Positions 32,599 through 42,600 of a stretch of DNA of 64,000 nt are shown one piece after another. Where the stretch lies: contig JAANOX010000062.1 of the NCBI GenBank assembly GCA_020184695.1, positions 1-64,000 on the forward strand, written 5' to 3'. How positions within the stretch are numbered: the stretch's first letter is position 1; each line of letters begins with the position of its first letter. Under the pieces are notes generated by a model that did not search any database, was not told the origin of the DNA, and worked only from the letters and a program-made list of their open reading frames with translations. Both the position numbers and the translations under genes were made by a program. Source of the stretch: Histomonas meleagridis 2922-C6/04-290x. Taxonomy: Eukaryota; Protista; Parabasalia.

Positions 32599-33615
32599 AT
32601 GGGAGAAGAAGAAAATGAAAAAGCTTTATGCATTTGTTCAATCTGTGGAGCTTTAGTATATTTTAAAGGATCCACATTTTTTAAAGAAAAGCGTAAACAA
32701 AAAAAATCAAAAGAAAAATTAAAAATTATTAATATTGTAAACACAAAATGGAAATATATGGATATATTTGATGAAATTAAGCAAAAATCGCAAGAGTATG
32801 ATTTTGTTTCTTTTCCATTTTGTCCTTCTTGTTGTTCTAATCAAATTAATCAGATTAAAATTTCCACAAAAATAATGCAAAAAACGATTTCTTCTTTAAA
32901 TGAGCTACCATTAAGTAATATAGAAACTTTTTTATTACAGATAAAGCAAGATAACGAAACAATACCAAAACAGCAACAAATACATTATCAGACAAGTCGA
33001 GAACAATCAACATTCTTTTTTGATCCTTCAATAATTCCATCATTAGATATTGACCCAATAGAACAAGATCAGTCTAAAGACATAAAAATCCCTAATTTTG
33101 GATTTTCATTATTTTTAACTTTTCGTATATCAACAAATCGACATTATATTACAATTAATAATTGTCGAATAGGTTTTTATCAATACAGTAAGAATTCTAT
33201 TGACGAAAACAATAGTGGGCTTTGTTTTGTATCACATTTAATTTTCTCATTTTTATCCAAATTTGATATCCAAACGAAAAACTTTAAGATAAATCCGAAC
33301 GGAGAAATAACAATCCAAAACAAAAAGATTAAATTTAATGTTCCGATCAAAATTATCGGAGAAAACTTAGCTGAGTTTAACGAAGCCAATTTGCGGATTT
33401 TTGAGGCTTCTTTCTTAATATTTGACTCGGCGAATTTGATAAGCGAAATCGGGACATGTATTCCTTTCATGATTAACATCGAGAAAAAGACAATCGCAAA
33501 CACATCATTTGTATTCGACCCACCGAAAGCAGACATCTGGTCGAAAGCAATGAAGCTTCTTTTGTTTGATTTCAAAATGATACAAATGGTTCTAACTGGA
33601 AGATCAAATGCTTAA
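32599..33615 (+). CDS. ATG6: Beclin/Atg6/Vps30-like protein
   Basis: FPFCPSC (cf. PLCEEC), FRISTNRHYITINNCRIG (cf. FGTINNFRLG), WSKAMKLLLFDFK (cf. WTKALKFMLTNLK). ATG 32599. Confidence 0.75.
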   Translation: MGEEENEKALCICSICGALVYFKGSTFFKEKRKQKKSKEKLKIINIVNTKWKYMDIFDEIKQKSQEYDFVSFPFCPSCCSNQINQIKISTKIMQKTISSLNELPLSNIETFLLQIKQDNETIPKQQQIHYQTSREQSTFFFDPSIIPSLDIDPIEQDQSKDIKIPNFGFSLFLTFRISTNRHYITINNCRIGFYQYSKNSIDENNSGLCFVSHLIFSFLSKFDIQTKNFKINPNGEITIQNKKIKFNVPIKIIGENLAEFNEANLRIFEASFLIFDSANLISEIGTCIPFMINIEKKTIANTSFVFDPPKADIWSKAMKLLLFDFKMIQMVLTGRSNA

Positions 33616-34132
33616 GAAATCAAAATTATAATAAATATATAGAATTTTTGTTTTATTACGTTTTTTAAATCTAGAAATACATAATTAGATATCTTAAAAC
33701 AATTGCAGAGTATAATTTTTAGATTAAAATCATTTCCGATAATTTTTGATTTTAACGGTCGTTTCCTAGCGCTTGTCAAGTCTTTTTCTTCACCTTTTTA
33801 TATTTTGGTATATTTTTTTAAATTATTTTCATTAAATTAAATAATAAATAAACCAAAAAATTGGAATGTATAAGAAAAATTTGAGATTTTAATAGTTAAA
33901 ATTTGATTTTCAACTTCTAATTTAAAATATATTATTTTTTAACAACATTTAATGTCAATCTAAAATATTTATGAAATTTATCAAGTAGTTGTGAACTGAA
34001 TTTAAAAAATAAAAAAGATAAATATATTTTATAGATATTTCATTTTTTCGGTTCAACAACAATTGAAATCAATGACCTCATCATTCAATTTATTGAAATT
34101 TCCAATGGTCAGACCAGTCGCCATTTTTTTTA

Positions 34133-34459
34133 ATGCAAGAAGAAAAAGTCTACCGTTTTGATGTATCAGTTCCACCAACACATATTGTCCGCGTCAAGGA
34201 AGCATTAGCAAATGCTGGTGCAGGTCAACTTGGAAAATATGACTCATGCATGTGGACTACAAACGGTCTTAGCCAATACCGTTCTAATCCAAATGGAGAA
34301 CCATACACTGGTGTTCTTCAACATACTGAAGAAGCAAAGATTGAATGTATTGTTCGCGAATCAGTCCTCAAAGATGTTATTGCAGCAATGAAAAGCGCAC
34401 ATCCATACGAATGCCCACCATTCCAATACTGGGAAGTCAATATTAAAGTCCCACAATAA
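34133..34459 (+). CDS. NIF3/YqfO-related stand-alone PII/CutA-like small protein (bacterial type)
   Basis: AGAGQLGKYDSC...EEAKIECIV...VIAAMKSAHPYECP matches the GAGxIGxYxxC...HPYE signature of the family. Confidence 0.82.
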   Translation: MQEEKVYRFDVSVPPTHIVRVKEALANAGAGQLGKYDSCMWTTNGLSQYRSNPNGEPYTGVLQHTEEAKIECIVRESVLKDVIAAMKSAHPYECPPFQYWEVNIKVPQ

Positions 34460-34484
34460 ATATAATAAGTAAAAAATCGATTTT

Positions 34485-36680
34485 TTAAAATAAACCAGCG
34501 TCCAAATATTCAAGTATAACCTTTCCATCTTTCTCGGTCTTACGTTTGAAGTATTCATCTTCTTCTAGAATGTTGAGAATATTTCGTATAGTAGTAAGTT
34601 CTGGTCTAAAGAATTTGCTTAAATCTGTTATAATTAATCTTTCAAGTTCACTTTGTTCAATTTTTCTTTCCTTCTTAAGGAATCGAACAATAGCCGCCTT
34701 AATTGATAATTCCTTATCAATTTCAACTTTTTGTTGAACTTTAGCCATATTCTTTTTATGTTCATCAATAATTGATTGTATTGTAATATGTGATGAACCA
34801 TAAACGAACAATGGGTTTATTTGAAATTTATCATAGTCGTTAATCTTTTTATCATCTTGTTTTATCGCAATTCGTTTTAAGATAGGACAAGACGCCGAAC
34901 ATAACCGTTTCAAGTAAAGTCCGACCAAAACTTTGTTATTCAAAATGTCTTTCAAATCCTTAAACGTTTTCGGGCCCCCCGAGACCGCATCAATGATTGA
35001 TGCACAAAATATATCTGATGTTACAGTATAAATTCTTTGAAGTTTTGATCTCGGATTCTTTGGTATTACGAGTTGCCCATCCACAGTCGATACGTTGGCT
35101 AAGAGATGTAACTCAGAATTTGTTTTTTCAGAAGAATAAAATTCTTTAAATGCATTATTAATGATACTAAGTTTTGATGACATATCATTAGTTTCAGTTG
35201 TATCTAAAGGGAAACCTCTTCTTTCAAAAATGATTGGCGAGAACTTAATCTTCGAAAGTTGGATACATTTATCTTGGAATCTTTCATTTAATGAACTTGA
35301 ATTTTGTATTACTTTAATGTAATCCCTAAAACCTTTACAAAAGTCTGGCGATTTCTCTCTTCGAATAGCTTGAATTATAGGCGGCTCAATATCTGCAACT
35401 TTTTCTTTCATTTTAATGAATCGCATTACCAAATTACTATTATAAATTTCTTGGAAAAGTCTTTTGTCGATTAATCTTGAATAGAACAATGCCACGACTT
35501 TAGGGAATTTTTCTTTTTCATCAGCTGATAAATTCTTAAATTCATTTCTAATATGTGTATCTATATAAATACAAAAGTTTTCGACAATATTAAATCTCTT
35601 ATCATTCCAAGCTTTCTTAATTTCTTCTTCCACAACAAAATGCGCGTCATTATTATTATTAAATATAATTTCATATGAATTGGAAAGAGAATTTGTTAAT
35701 TCGATTAACTCCGATACATTTCGAGTGATTTCACTACTTTTCATATCATTTGTAAAATTCGAAGTTAACTTTAACATTTCATTACATATGAATTTGGCAC
35801 ATGACTTATATACATTCTCAAGACTGACATCAAATCGTTCATAAGTTTCAACGAGCCATTTCATTGGCGTTATATTATTTGATACTAATGAAGTACTAAT
35901 TGGAGGTTCATCGCCTAAAAGGAAATCGTCTTCATTTAACACTAATAATCTTTGAAGACATATTCCAAGGATTTGATATATTTCTTTATCCTTTTTATCG
36001 AAAATTACTTTTAATATGTTTTCTTCTTTCTTAAATTGTTCTTCAATAGTTTGCAAATACGTTTGGAATGTGTTTCCATTAAATTTGTTCTTGTAGAAAG
36101 CGAAGTAATGTTTGTCGGTATCTTGTTGAAGTACTTCGAAGAATTCGTCGAAAAGTTTTATTTCGTTTTTGAAGCTATAATACGCGTCGATCAGATTTGA
36201 TATCTTTTGTAAATCAATTTCAAGTCCTGAACGTGCTGATGCGATATCCTTTCGAATGCTTTGCGTTGTGTAACTTAAAAGTGTTCGATCTGTTAAAATG
36301 ATTTGACAGAAATTCGATCGAATTATATTTAATGACCGATCATTAGTTTCTTGTTTGTCATATAACATATATACTTTAGGGATCACAAGACAGTAATTCC
36401 GAAAGTCATTGTAGAGATTAGAAAAAAGATTAACTAACGGATTTCCTGAGATTTGTGATAATTGTGTCTTCCATTGTGTAAAATGTGTAACTAAAAGTTT
36501 CGAAAGACCTTCCGAAAGAACTTTGGATTGAGATGAGGAAACTAATGCACTAACTGACGTATGAAGAGTCGATAAAAGTAAATCTGACTGTTTGCACGCA
36601 AGAATGTCGCTGATGCCGTTGGAAACCGTTGCCCAATGTTTCTCTGTGCTGTCTGACTGTTGTATTGGTTTACGTGGCAT
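34485..36680 (-). CDS. Divergent cullin
   Basis: 731 aa; IVENFCIYIDTHIR, RLIDKRLFQEIY, C-terminal neddylation helix IKAAIVRFLKKERK followed by winged-helix ILNILEEDEYFKR. Confidence 0.85.
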   Translation of the reverse strand: MPRKPIQQSDSTEKHWATVSNGISDILACKQSDLLLSTLHTSVSALVSSSQSKVLSEGLSKLLVTHFTQWKTQLSQISGNPLVNLFSNLYNDFRNYCLVIPKVYMLYDKQETNDRSLNIIRSNFCQIILTDRTLLSYTTQSIRKDIASARSGLEIDLQKISNLIDAYYSFKNEIKLFDEFFEVLQQDTDKHYFAFYKNKFNGNTFQTYLQTIEEQFKKEENILKVIFDKKDKEIYQILGICLQRLLVLNEDDFLLGDEPPISTSLVSNNITPMKWLVETYERFDVSLENVYKSCAKFICNEMLKLTSNFTNDMKSSEITRNVSELIELTNSLSNSYEIIFNNNNDAHFVVEEEIKKAWNDKRFNIVENFCIYIDTHIRNEFKNLSADEKEKFPKVVALFYSRLIDKRLFQEIYNSNLVMRFIKMKEKVADIEPPIIQAIRREKSPDFCKGFRDYIKVIQNSSSLNERFQDKCIQLSKIKFSPIIFERRGFPLDTTETNDMSSKLSIINNAFKEFYSSEKTNSELHLLANVSTVDGQLVIPKNPRSKLQRIYTVTSDIFCASIIDAVSGGPKTFKDLKDILNNKVLVGLYLKRLCSASCPILKRIAIKQDDKKINDYDKFQINPLFVYGSSHITIQSIIDEHKKNMAKVQQKVEIDKELSIKAAIVRFLKKERKIEQSELERLIITDLSKFFRPELTTIRNILNILEEDEYFKRKTEKDGKVILEYLDAGLF

Positions 36681-36731
36681 TGAGTTTGGTTTGTTGGAAG
36701 AACGATTCTATCGTTTGGAGGTTGCCATTTT

Positions 36732-36739
36732 AACGGTTT
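36732..36739. promoter_or_regulatory. M3/Myb-like element between the cullin and the small ORF
   Basis: AACGGTTT fits the M3 consensus on both strands of a divergent gap. Confidence 0.45.
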
Positions 36740-36759
36740 CTTTATAAGTAAAACAGAAA

Positions 36760-36972
36760 ATGGAAAGAAAAGATTTTGTTCCGATGAGTTTTAGTGCTGA
36801 TAAAAGTCTGAAGGTGTTGTCGAACATTTCGGTGGTGGCGCTCGTGATTTCGTTTGCTTTCCTCGGAGCACTTGTTCTGTTTCGGATATTTAATGTAAAT
36901 ATTAAATTGACAATTTGTAATTTGGCGAATCGATATCGACTTATGCGTGAAGAAGAAATAGAAAATATGTGA
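36760..36972 (+). CDS. Possible small single-pass membrane protein
   Basis: 70 aa with one hydrophobic helix (ISVVALVISFAFLGALVLF), ATG start, GC above flanks. No family recognised. Confidence 0.35.
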   Translation: MERKDFVPMSFSADKSLKVLSNISVVALVISFAFLGALVLFRIFNVNIKLTICNLANRYRLMREEEIENM

Positions 36973-37223
36973 CAACGGCTATTGAATTATATATTGTTAT
37001 TAAATGAAATTTATACGAAATAAGAAAAATGAATTTTAATTGTTTGTTATGTTATTTTATTCACAAAAGCTTTAAAAAGAGAATAAGTAATAAGTAAATT
37101 TTTTTTTTTTTGCTTTTGAAAAGAATTAAATTAAATGCCATTACGCTCCATGCTAATTTGAATGATAAAATTACGGTTGATAAAAACAGCCGAATAAATC
37201 TTTGGTCGAATTAGATAAAATTT

Positions 37224-37622
37224 ATGGAAAAACTTGCAACATCCGCTGGAAAATCATTTATTTATGGTTACGGAACTGGTTTTGCTGCTGGCTCAGTGGC
37301 ATCTCTTGCATTAAATATTGATGAACTTCCTTTAGTTAGATTAAATCAAACACTTAATAATGGTGTTAAATATGGTGAAATATTAGGATACAAAGCTGCA
37401 ATGACAACAACATTATTCATGACAACAAAAAGTCTTGTCAATAAGAAAATAAATAATCCTATTATCACAAATGCTATTGGCGGTGCAGCTTCTGGTGCAT
37501 TTCTAGGATCTCACTGGGGTTACAAAGGCGCAATTGGTGGAGGAATCGCAGGTTCTTTGGTGGGTGCTCTCTATGGTTATGGCATCAAAGCAAACGAAAA
37601 ATCTCAGGAGACATTTAACTAA
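37224..37622 (+). CDS. Tim17/22/23-like (putative hydrogenosomal) membrane protein
   Basis: 132 aa with Gly-zipper helices (GYGTGFAAG; NAIGGAASGAFLG; GAIGGGIAG) arranged as in the Tim17 family. Confidence 0.55.
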   Translation: MEKLATSAGKSFIYGYGTGFAAGSVASLALNIDELPLVRLNQTLNNGVKYGEILGYKAAMTTTLFMTTKSLVNKKINNPIITNAIGGAASGAFLGSHWGYKGAIGGGIAGSLVGALYGYGIKANEKSQETFN

Positions 37623-37777
37623 GACGAACGAACTTCTAATGCAATTAATGCTAATAGTATTAGTATCTATAAATATAGGTAAAAAGACAATTGAATTTTC
37701 CAACCATTCTTTTGAGTAACTTGTTAGAAATAAGTAATTAAGCTCTTAAAGAATATTTAATTAAGAAGTGTTTTAAA

Positions 37778-39475
37778 TTAAGTTTCGGTTGATAACGATG
37801 AATCAAGTTTCGTAATTATAATATAACCATTTCCATAATGGTCAAATTCTTTTGTTTCTTTGCTAACACCAAATTTTGATTCAAGGTCACTACTAACGTA
37901 TCCTGATCCACCGCCTCCTGCACCACCATTATAACCGCCAGCACCACCATAATAACCACCTCCGCCTCCACCGGCTGAGTAGCTACCATTTGGCACTCCA
38001 TTGCCGCCGCAATTGTTACTTCCATTTGCACCATTATGACTATTATTATAACCTGGTGCTGATTGTGTCCCACCATTAGCGTAATTATTAGTTCCACTTG
38101 CTCCATTTGTGCCACCGCCATTGCCACCAATTACATCAGTTCCACTATTAGTACCAGCAGAGCCGCCACCGCCTCCGGCTACAATAATTCTTTGAGCTAA
38201 GCCAAGACTGTCTTTTCTAATATCAGTTGCACCACCTCCAGAACCAACGGCATATCCATAACTTCCTGTATTACCTCTACCGCCGCCATTATATCCTCCA
38301 GGACATTGTACATTTTGGACACCTGAAATAGATTTGCCTTTACCTCCAATAAGTAAATAAAGAACTGTCTCTTTCTCAATTGAAAGGACACCACATGAAT
38401 ATCCACCTTTTCCACCTTTTTTGAAGAAACCTTTTCCTCCACTTGCACCTACACATTCAAGCTTGTAACTTCCTGGAATAAGTATAACACTAAATATAAA
38501 TTTACAATCAGTACTATCATCGCTTGGATAAAGGAATTGATATGATTTTGGATTAATGATTTGTAAATATTTTTGTATATATTGTTCTTGTATTGATGTG
38601 TTTGAATTCATTTTGATGAAAGGTCTATATCTATTCATTTTTTGCAATAGGGAATAAGATAATTTTGGTGTTTGAATACCTTCATTACATAAACAGTCAA
38701 GAACATTACTAATAGAATTATAAATATTTGGCTTTTTCTCCATCAAATAATTTTTAAATTTTTTACGAGATTCAAGATTGCAATACTCAAGTTTAACATA
38801 TTTTAAAGGCGGATCATAATTTTGTTTCATATTACAAAGATTAATAAGAAAATCTAGTAATTGTTCTTCTTCATTCAAAGATAACTTTGGACTTTCTAAA
38901 ATTTTTTCAATTCGTTCTGCTTTCGAAGCGCAACAAAAATTAAGAAATGACGTTTTTGTTGCAAGAGAGAAAAAGTTTTCACTAAGAAAAGTAAGAAGTG
39001 TGTCTTCTTTATCAGTGAGATTAAAAAGATCCATAAAATCAATTAAATTAAATACATTTTCTTCGCTTAAATTATTGCTGATTTCAAATGAAGCATACTT
39101 TTCGAATGGTGTAATGAAGTAAGGGCATCCAAATTCTTTACCAAATAATGCTAGGTCATAGAGAGCATCAGAAGAATCTACTTCAATTTCTAAATTCTGA
39201 CCATCTTTATCAGTAAGAATATCAATAATTTTTTGAATAATTTTGGAATCACGAAAATTAATTTTTAAGGATATTTTACGTTTATCCGGATTACTTTTCA
39301 ATAGGGACCAGATTTTGCTTGAATAACAAATTGCAATTTCAAGAGGCAATGAAAATAGATTATTATTAAGTATAACCTGAAAATACTGAGGATTACTTTT
39401 GCATGTATACAGGTATTCCTTTAAATTTGATATATTCACATTATCAATTTTAACAGGATCAAAATGTTGTTCCAT
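37778..39475 (-). CDS. BTB/BACK-like + glycine-rich domain protein
   Basis: N-terminal BTB/BACK-like region (AICYSSKI; ILESPKLSLNEEEQLLDFL). C-terminal PGSYKLECVGASGG...GGGATDIR...RIIVAGGGGGS...GNGYIIIT, the Gly_rich domain common in trichomonads. Confidence 0.8.
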   Translation of the reverse strand: MEQHFDPVKIDNVNISNLKEYLYTCKSNPQYFQVILNNNLFSLPLEIAICYSSKIWSLLKSNPDKRKISLKINFRDSKIIQKIIDILTDKDGQNLEIEVDSSDALYDLALFGKEFGCPYFITPFEKYASFEISNNLSEENVFNLIDFMDLFNLTDKEDTLLTFLSENFFSLATKTSFLNFCCASKAERIEKILESPKLSLNEEEQLLDFLINLCNMKQNYDPPLKYVKLEYCNLESRKKFKNYLMEKKPNIYNSISNVLDCLCNEGIQTPKLSYSLLQKMNRYRPFIKMNSNTSIQEQYIQKYLQIINPKSYQFLYPSDDSTDCKFIFSVILIPGSYKLECVGASGGKGFFKKGGKGGYSCGVLSIEKETVLYLLIGGKGKSISGVQNVQCPGGYNGGGRGNTGSYGYAVGSGGGATDIRKDSLGLAQRIIVAGGGGGSAGTNSGTDVIGGNGGGTNGASGTNNYANGGTQSAPGYNNSHNGANGSNNCGGNGVPNGSYSAGGGGGGYYGGAGGYNGGAGGGGSGYVSSDLESKFGVSKETKEFDHYGNGYIIITKLDSSLSTET

Positions 39476-39566
39476 AAAATAAAAATGAAATGAATGTTAA
39501 AAATGCCAAAAATGTTTTAAATATCAAACGGTTAAAAACAGACCATAATTGGGGTGCCTTATTTAT

Positions 39567-39574
39567 GTCACTTT
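39567..39574 (-). promoter_or_regulatory. AAAGTGAC motif in the 161-bp bidirectional promoter
   Basis: One of nine copies seen in the window, essentially all non-coding. Confidence 0.55.
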
Positions 39575-39636
39575 TCCTTATTGATATATTTATCTAAAAA
39601 GTGCTAATTAAATACCGTTTAAATTCCACTTTGCAA

Positions 39637-42600
39637 ATGTCTGAAAATCAATACAGTGGATGCCCATACGAAAAAATTCTCCAAGAACGCAAAGGCGCAG
39701 ATGGCCAAACCGAATATTTTATGAAAATAGATGAAAAAGGTTCTTCAGAATCAAAATGGATATCAAAAGACGAATTAGAAAAGTACCCAGAAAGCAAAGC
39801 TCTTTTAAGTCAATACGCACATAGTAAGCCTGATGGTCCAAGCGGACAATACCATGATTCAAAATATAAAAAAATTGATAGAATTCTTAAGAAAGAAGAT
39901 GATAAGTATTTTGTAATATGGTATGGGCTTCCTGTTGAAGATGGCACATGGGAAACAAATGTTGGAGGTGAACCACTAAAACTATTCAACAAAAGAATAT
40001 CATTCCAAATGCCATTCAAACAGGGTGATATTGATGTACCTCCTCCTAATGAAATTATTTCACTAGATTCATATGAGAATCTTTCTTTACGTGAAATCAC
40101 ATTTCTCAATGAAATATTAACATGTCATCAAACATGTAATAACATAATTATTAGGGATTACTTAGACTTTCCTTGCCTTCCAACATGTATTTCCTTCCTT
40201 AAAATTCTTCAAACCCAAGTACAAGAGATTGGTCCATATCTAATAATTTCTGATCATTTAACACAACTTAACAAAATGCTTAAAAATGTATCAGAGCTCT
40301 TGCCCATCATATACACTGGCAGTGCAGATTCACGAGATCGTCTTAAATCCTTATTTTTTACGAATGATAATGTGACTTTTGATGCGAATCTTGTAATTAC
40401 AACCCCATCAATTCTATCGGCTGACAAAACCGTTTTATCAACGGTTTTCTATCGTTCTGCTATCATTTTAAGTCAAAATATAACTCAAGTATTTAAAGAC
40501 TTACATGATTTTCATATTCGTGAAAAGATATTTATTGCACCAACAGATCCTTCACCTGTTAGTTCAGAACTTCATGATTTAATTTCATTATTTCAAGATG
40601 GAGAAAACAATGAACTTTCTAAATCTTGTATATCATCAGCAAAAACAGCTCTCACTCAAATACAGCCATCATTTCAGAAGATGCAAAAGCATGGAATTTC
40701 ATCATTTGTTGTCCCACCAATACAATATATAAATTGTCCATTATCAGATATTCAAAAAAAAGTTTGTAACTGGGTATTATCAAAACATTCCAAATCATTA
40801 CAAATGGCTGCACAAAATGTTTTACGTTTATGTTCACATCCATTTACAATTTCCGGAGTTGAATTTTTACTTAAATCACCAGATTTTATTCTATCGTCGA
40901 CAAAATTTACTGTTCTTCAGAAAATCATTGAATCTTGTCAAAATAATTTTCAGAGGCTTTTGATCATCACCCAATTCAATTCTAATTTAGATTTAATTAT
41001 TGATTTATTAGATACTATGGAAATCGAATATATAAATCTATCATCTGAATTCGAGGAAGAAGAAGATAATACAGATAAAAACATTATATTATATAATCCA
41101 AGATATACTAAATCAACTATACCTATTGATACACTTAATTGCGTTGTGATTTTCGATGGCGAAACTTCAATTTGGAGATCATTAATCTTAAAACATCGGA
41201 ACTCACGCGCTCCAATATTTAAAGTTACATCAATATATCAACTTGAATGTCAAGATTGTTGTGAACAAGAATTATTAAACTTATGTACAAGTTCGACATT
41301 TAATGAAAGACAAGCGGATGAGTTAATGAAAGTTGCTTATGTAAATGCACATTCGAACTTTAATGAAAATGAAGATCCTGATGAATTACTTAATAACGCA
41401 AAAACTGAACAAACAATTTCATCTTTAGTTAACATTATACAAAACATTGATTCAAATACATTTTGGAATAATATGAATGAAAACGATGACTTCCAAATGT
41501 TTGAACCACAACAACCAAAAATTAATGAAAAATTTGAATGGAATGTACACCAAAGAAATCAATTATTCAGAGGTTTATTCCGAATTGGGTATTCACGATG
41601 GGATATAATACAACAGATAAACGGTCTCTTTTTGCCGAAGAGCGTTATTCAAAAAGTGTCGCAAATACTTTTACGGTTTTTGGCGGTTTGTAACGGTAAC
41701 CATGGATTTCAAAAAGCTAAAGAACTTAGTGGTGTTACTGAATCATTAGAAGCTGATTATGAATTTATGACAAAAACAGTTTTCGGGAAAGAGAATTTCC
41801 AGGGAATATTGAAAAAACATTGTTCAAACCTCCTCAAAAGAGTCGAGTCACTTTTTTCATTGAACTCGGCACTTGAGGCGAACGTTAACTCGAGTGACTT
41901 TCAAGGCTATCGTTTAGGGGGGGCCGCGTTCACTGATTGGTGGAGTGAAGAGTATGACAAAGCGTTAACATATATTACATGGAAGTTTGGACTGAATTGC
42001 TATGATAGAACACCAGGCTTTTTGGAAGATAAACTTGCAGACATGTTTAACCATTTACAAGAAGGAGTTGATGAGAAAATGTTAATTGATAGAGCAATAC
42101 ATCTTTGTGATGCATCAAAGAAATCACAAATGACTGACGAAAAGGTCATAGAAACTGTTTCCCAAAGATCTCATAAATTATCTCAACAAAATCAAAAAAT
42201 TATTATTACAAATATCCTTAATTTTGGAATTGATGAGGACGAAAAAGGAGAGAAAGACTACGAATCATTTGCTAAACGCTGTAAAATTGCTAAATGTTCA
42301 CCAGAAGATATCAAATCATATGTTGAAGATCTCCTTGAAAGATGTAATAACCCGGATATTGGTAACGACATTCCTTATAACAGTGCTATTCGTATTACAC
42401 AAAGAGTTGCTGCAATGACACAACTCAGAAAAATATTCCGAAAATATCCTGAACAAGAACAACTTATTACTTTCTTCACAGAAGCTCCAAATTGGCGTAA
42501 CATGAGGAAGAAATGGACACCCGAGTGTGAGATTACATATTTTAGATCTCTATTACATTCTGGATTTGGTTCATTAAATGAAATCATTCAAAACGAAGAT

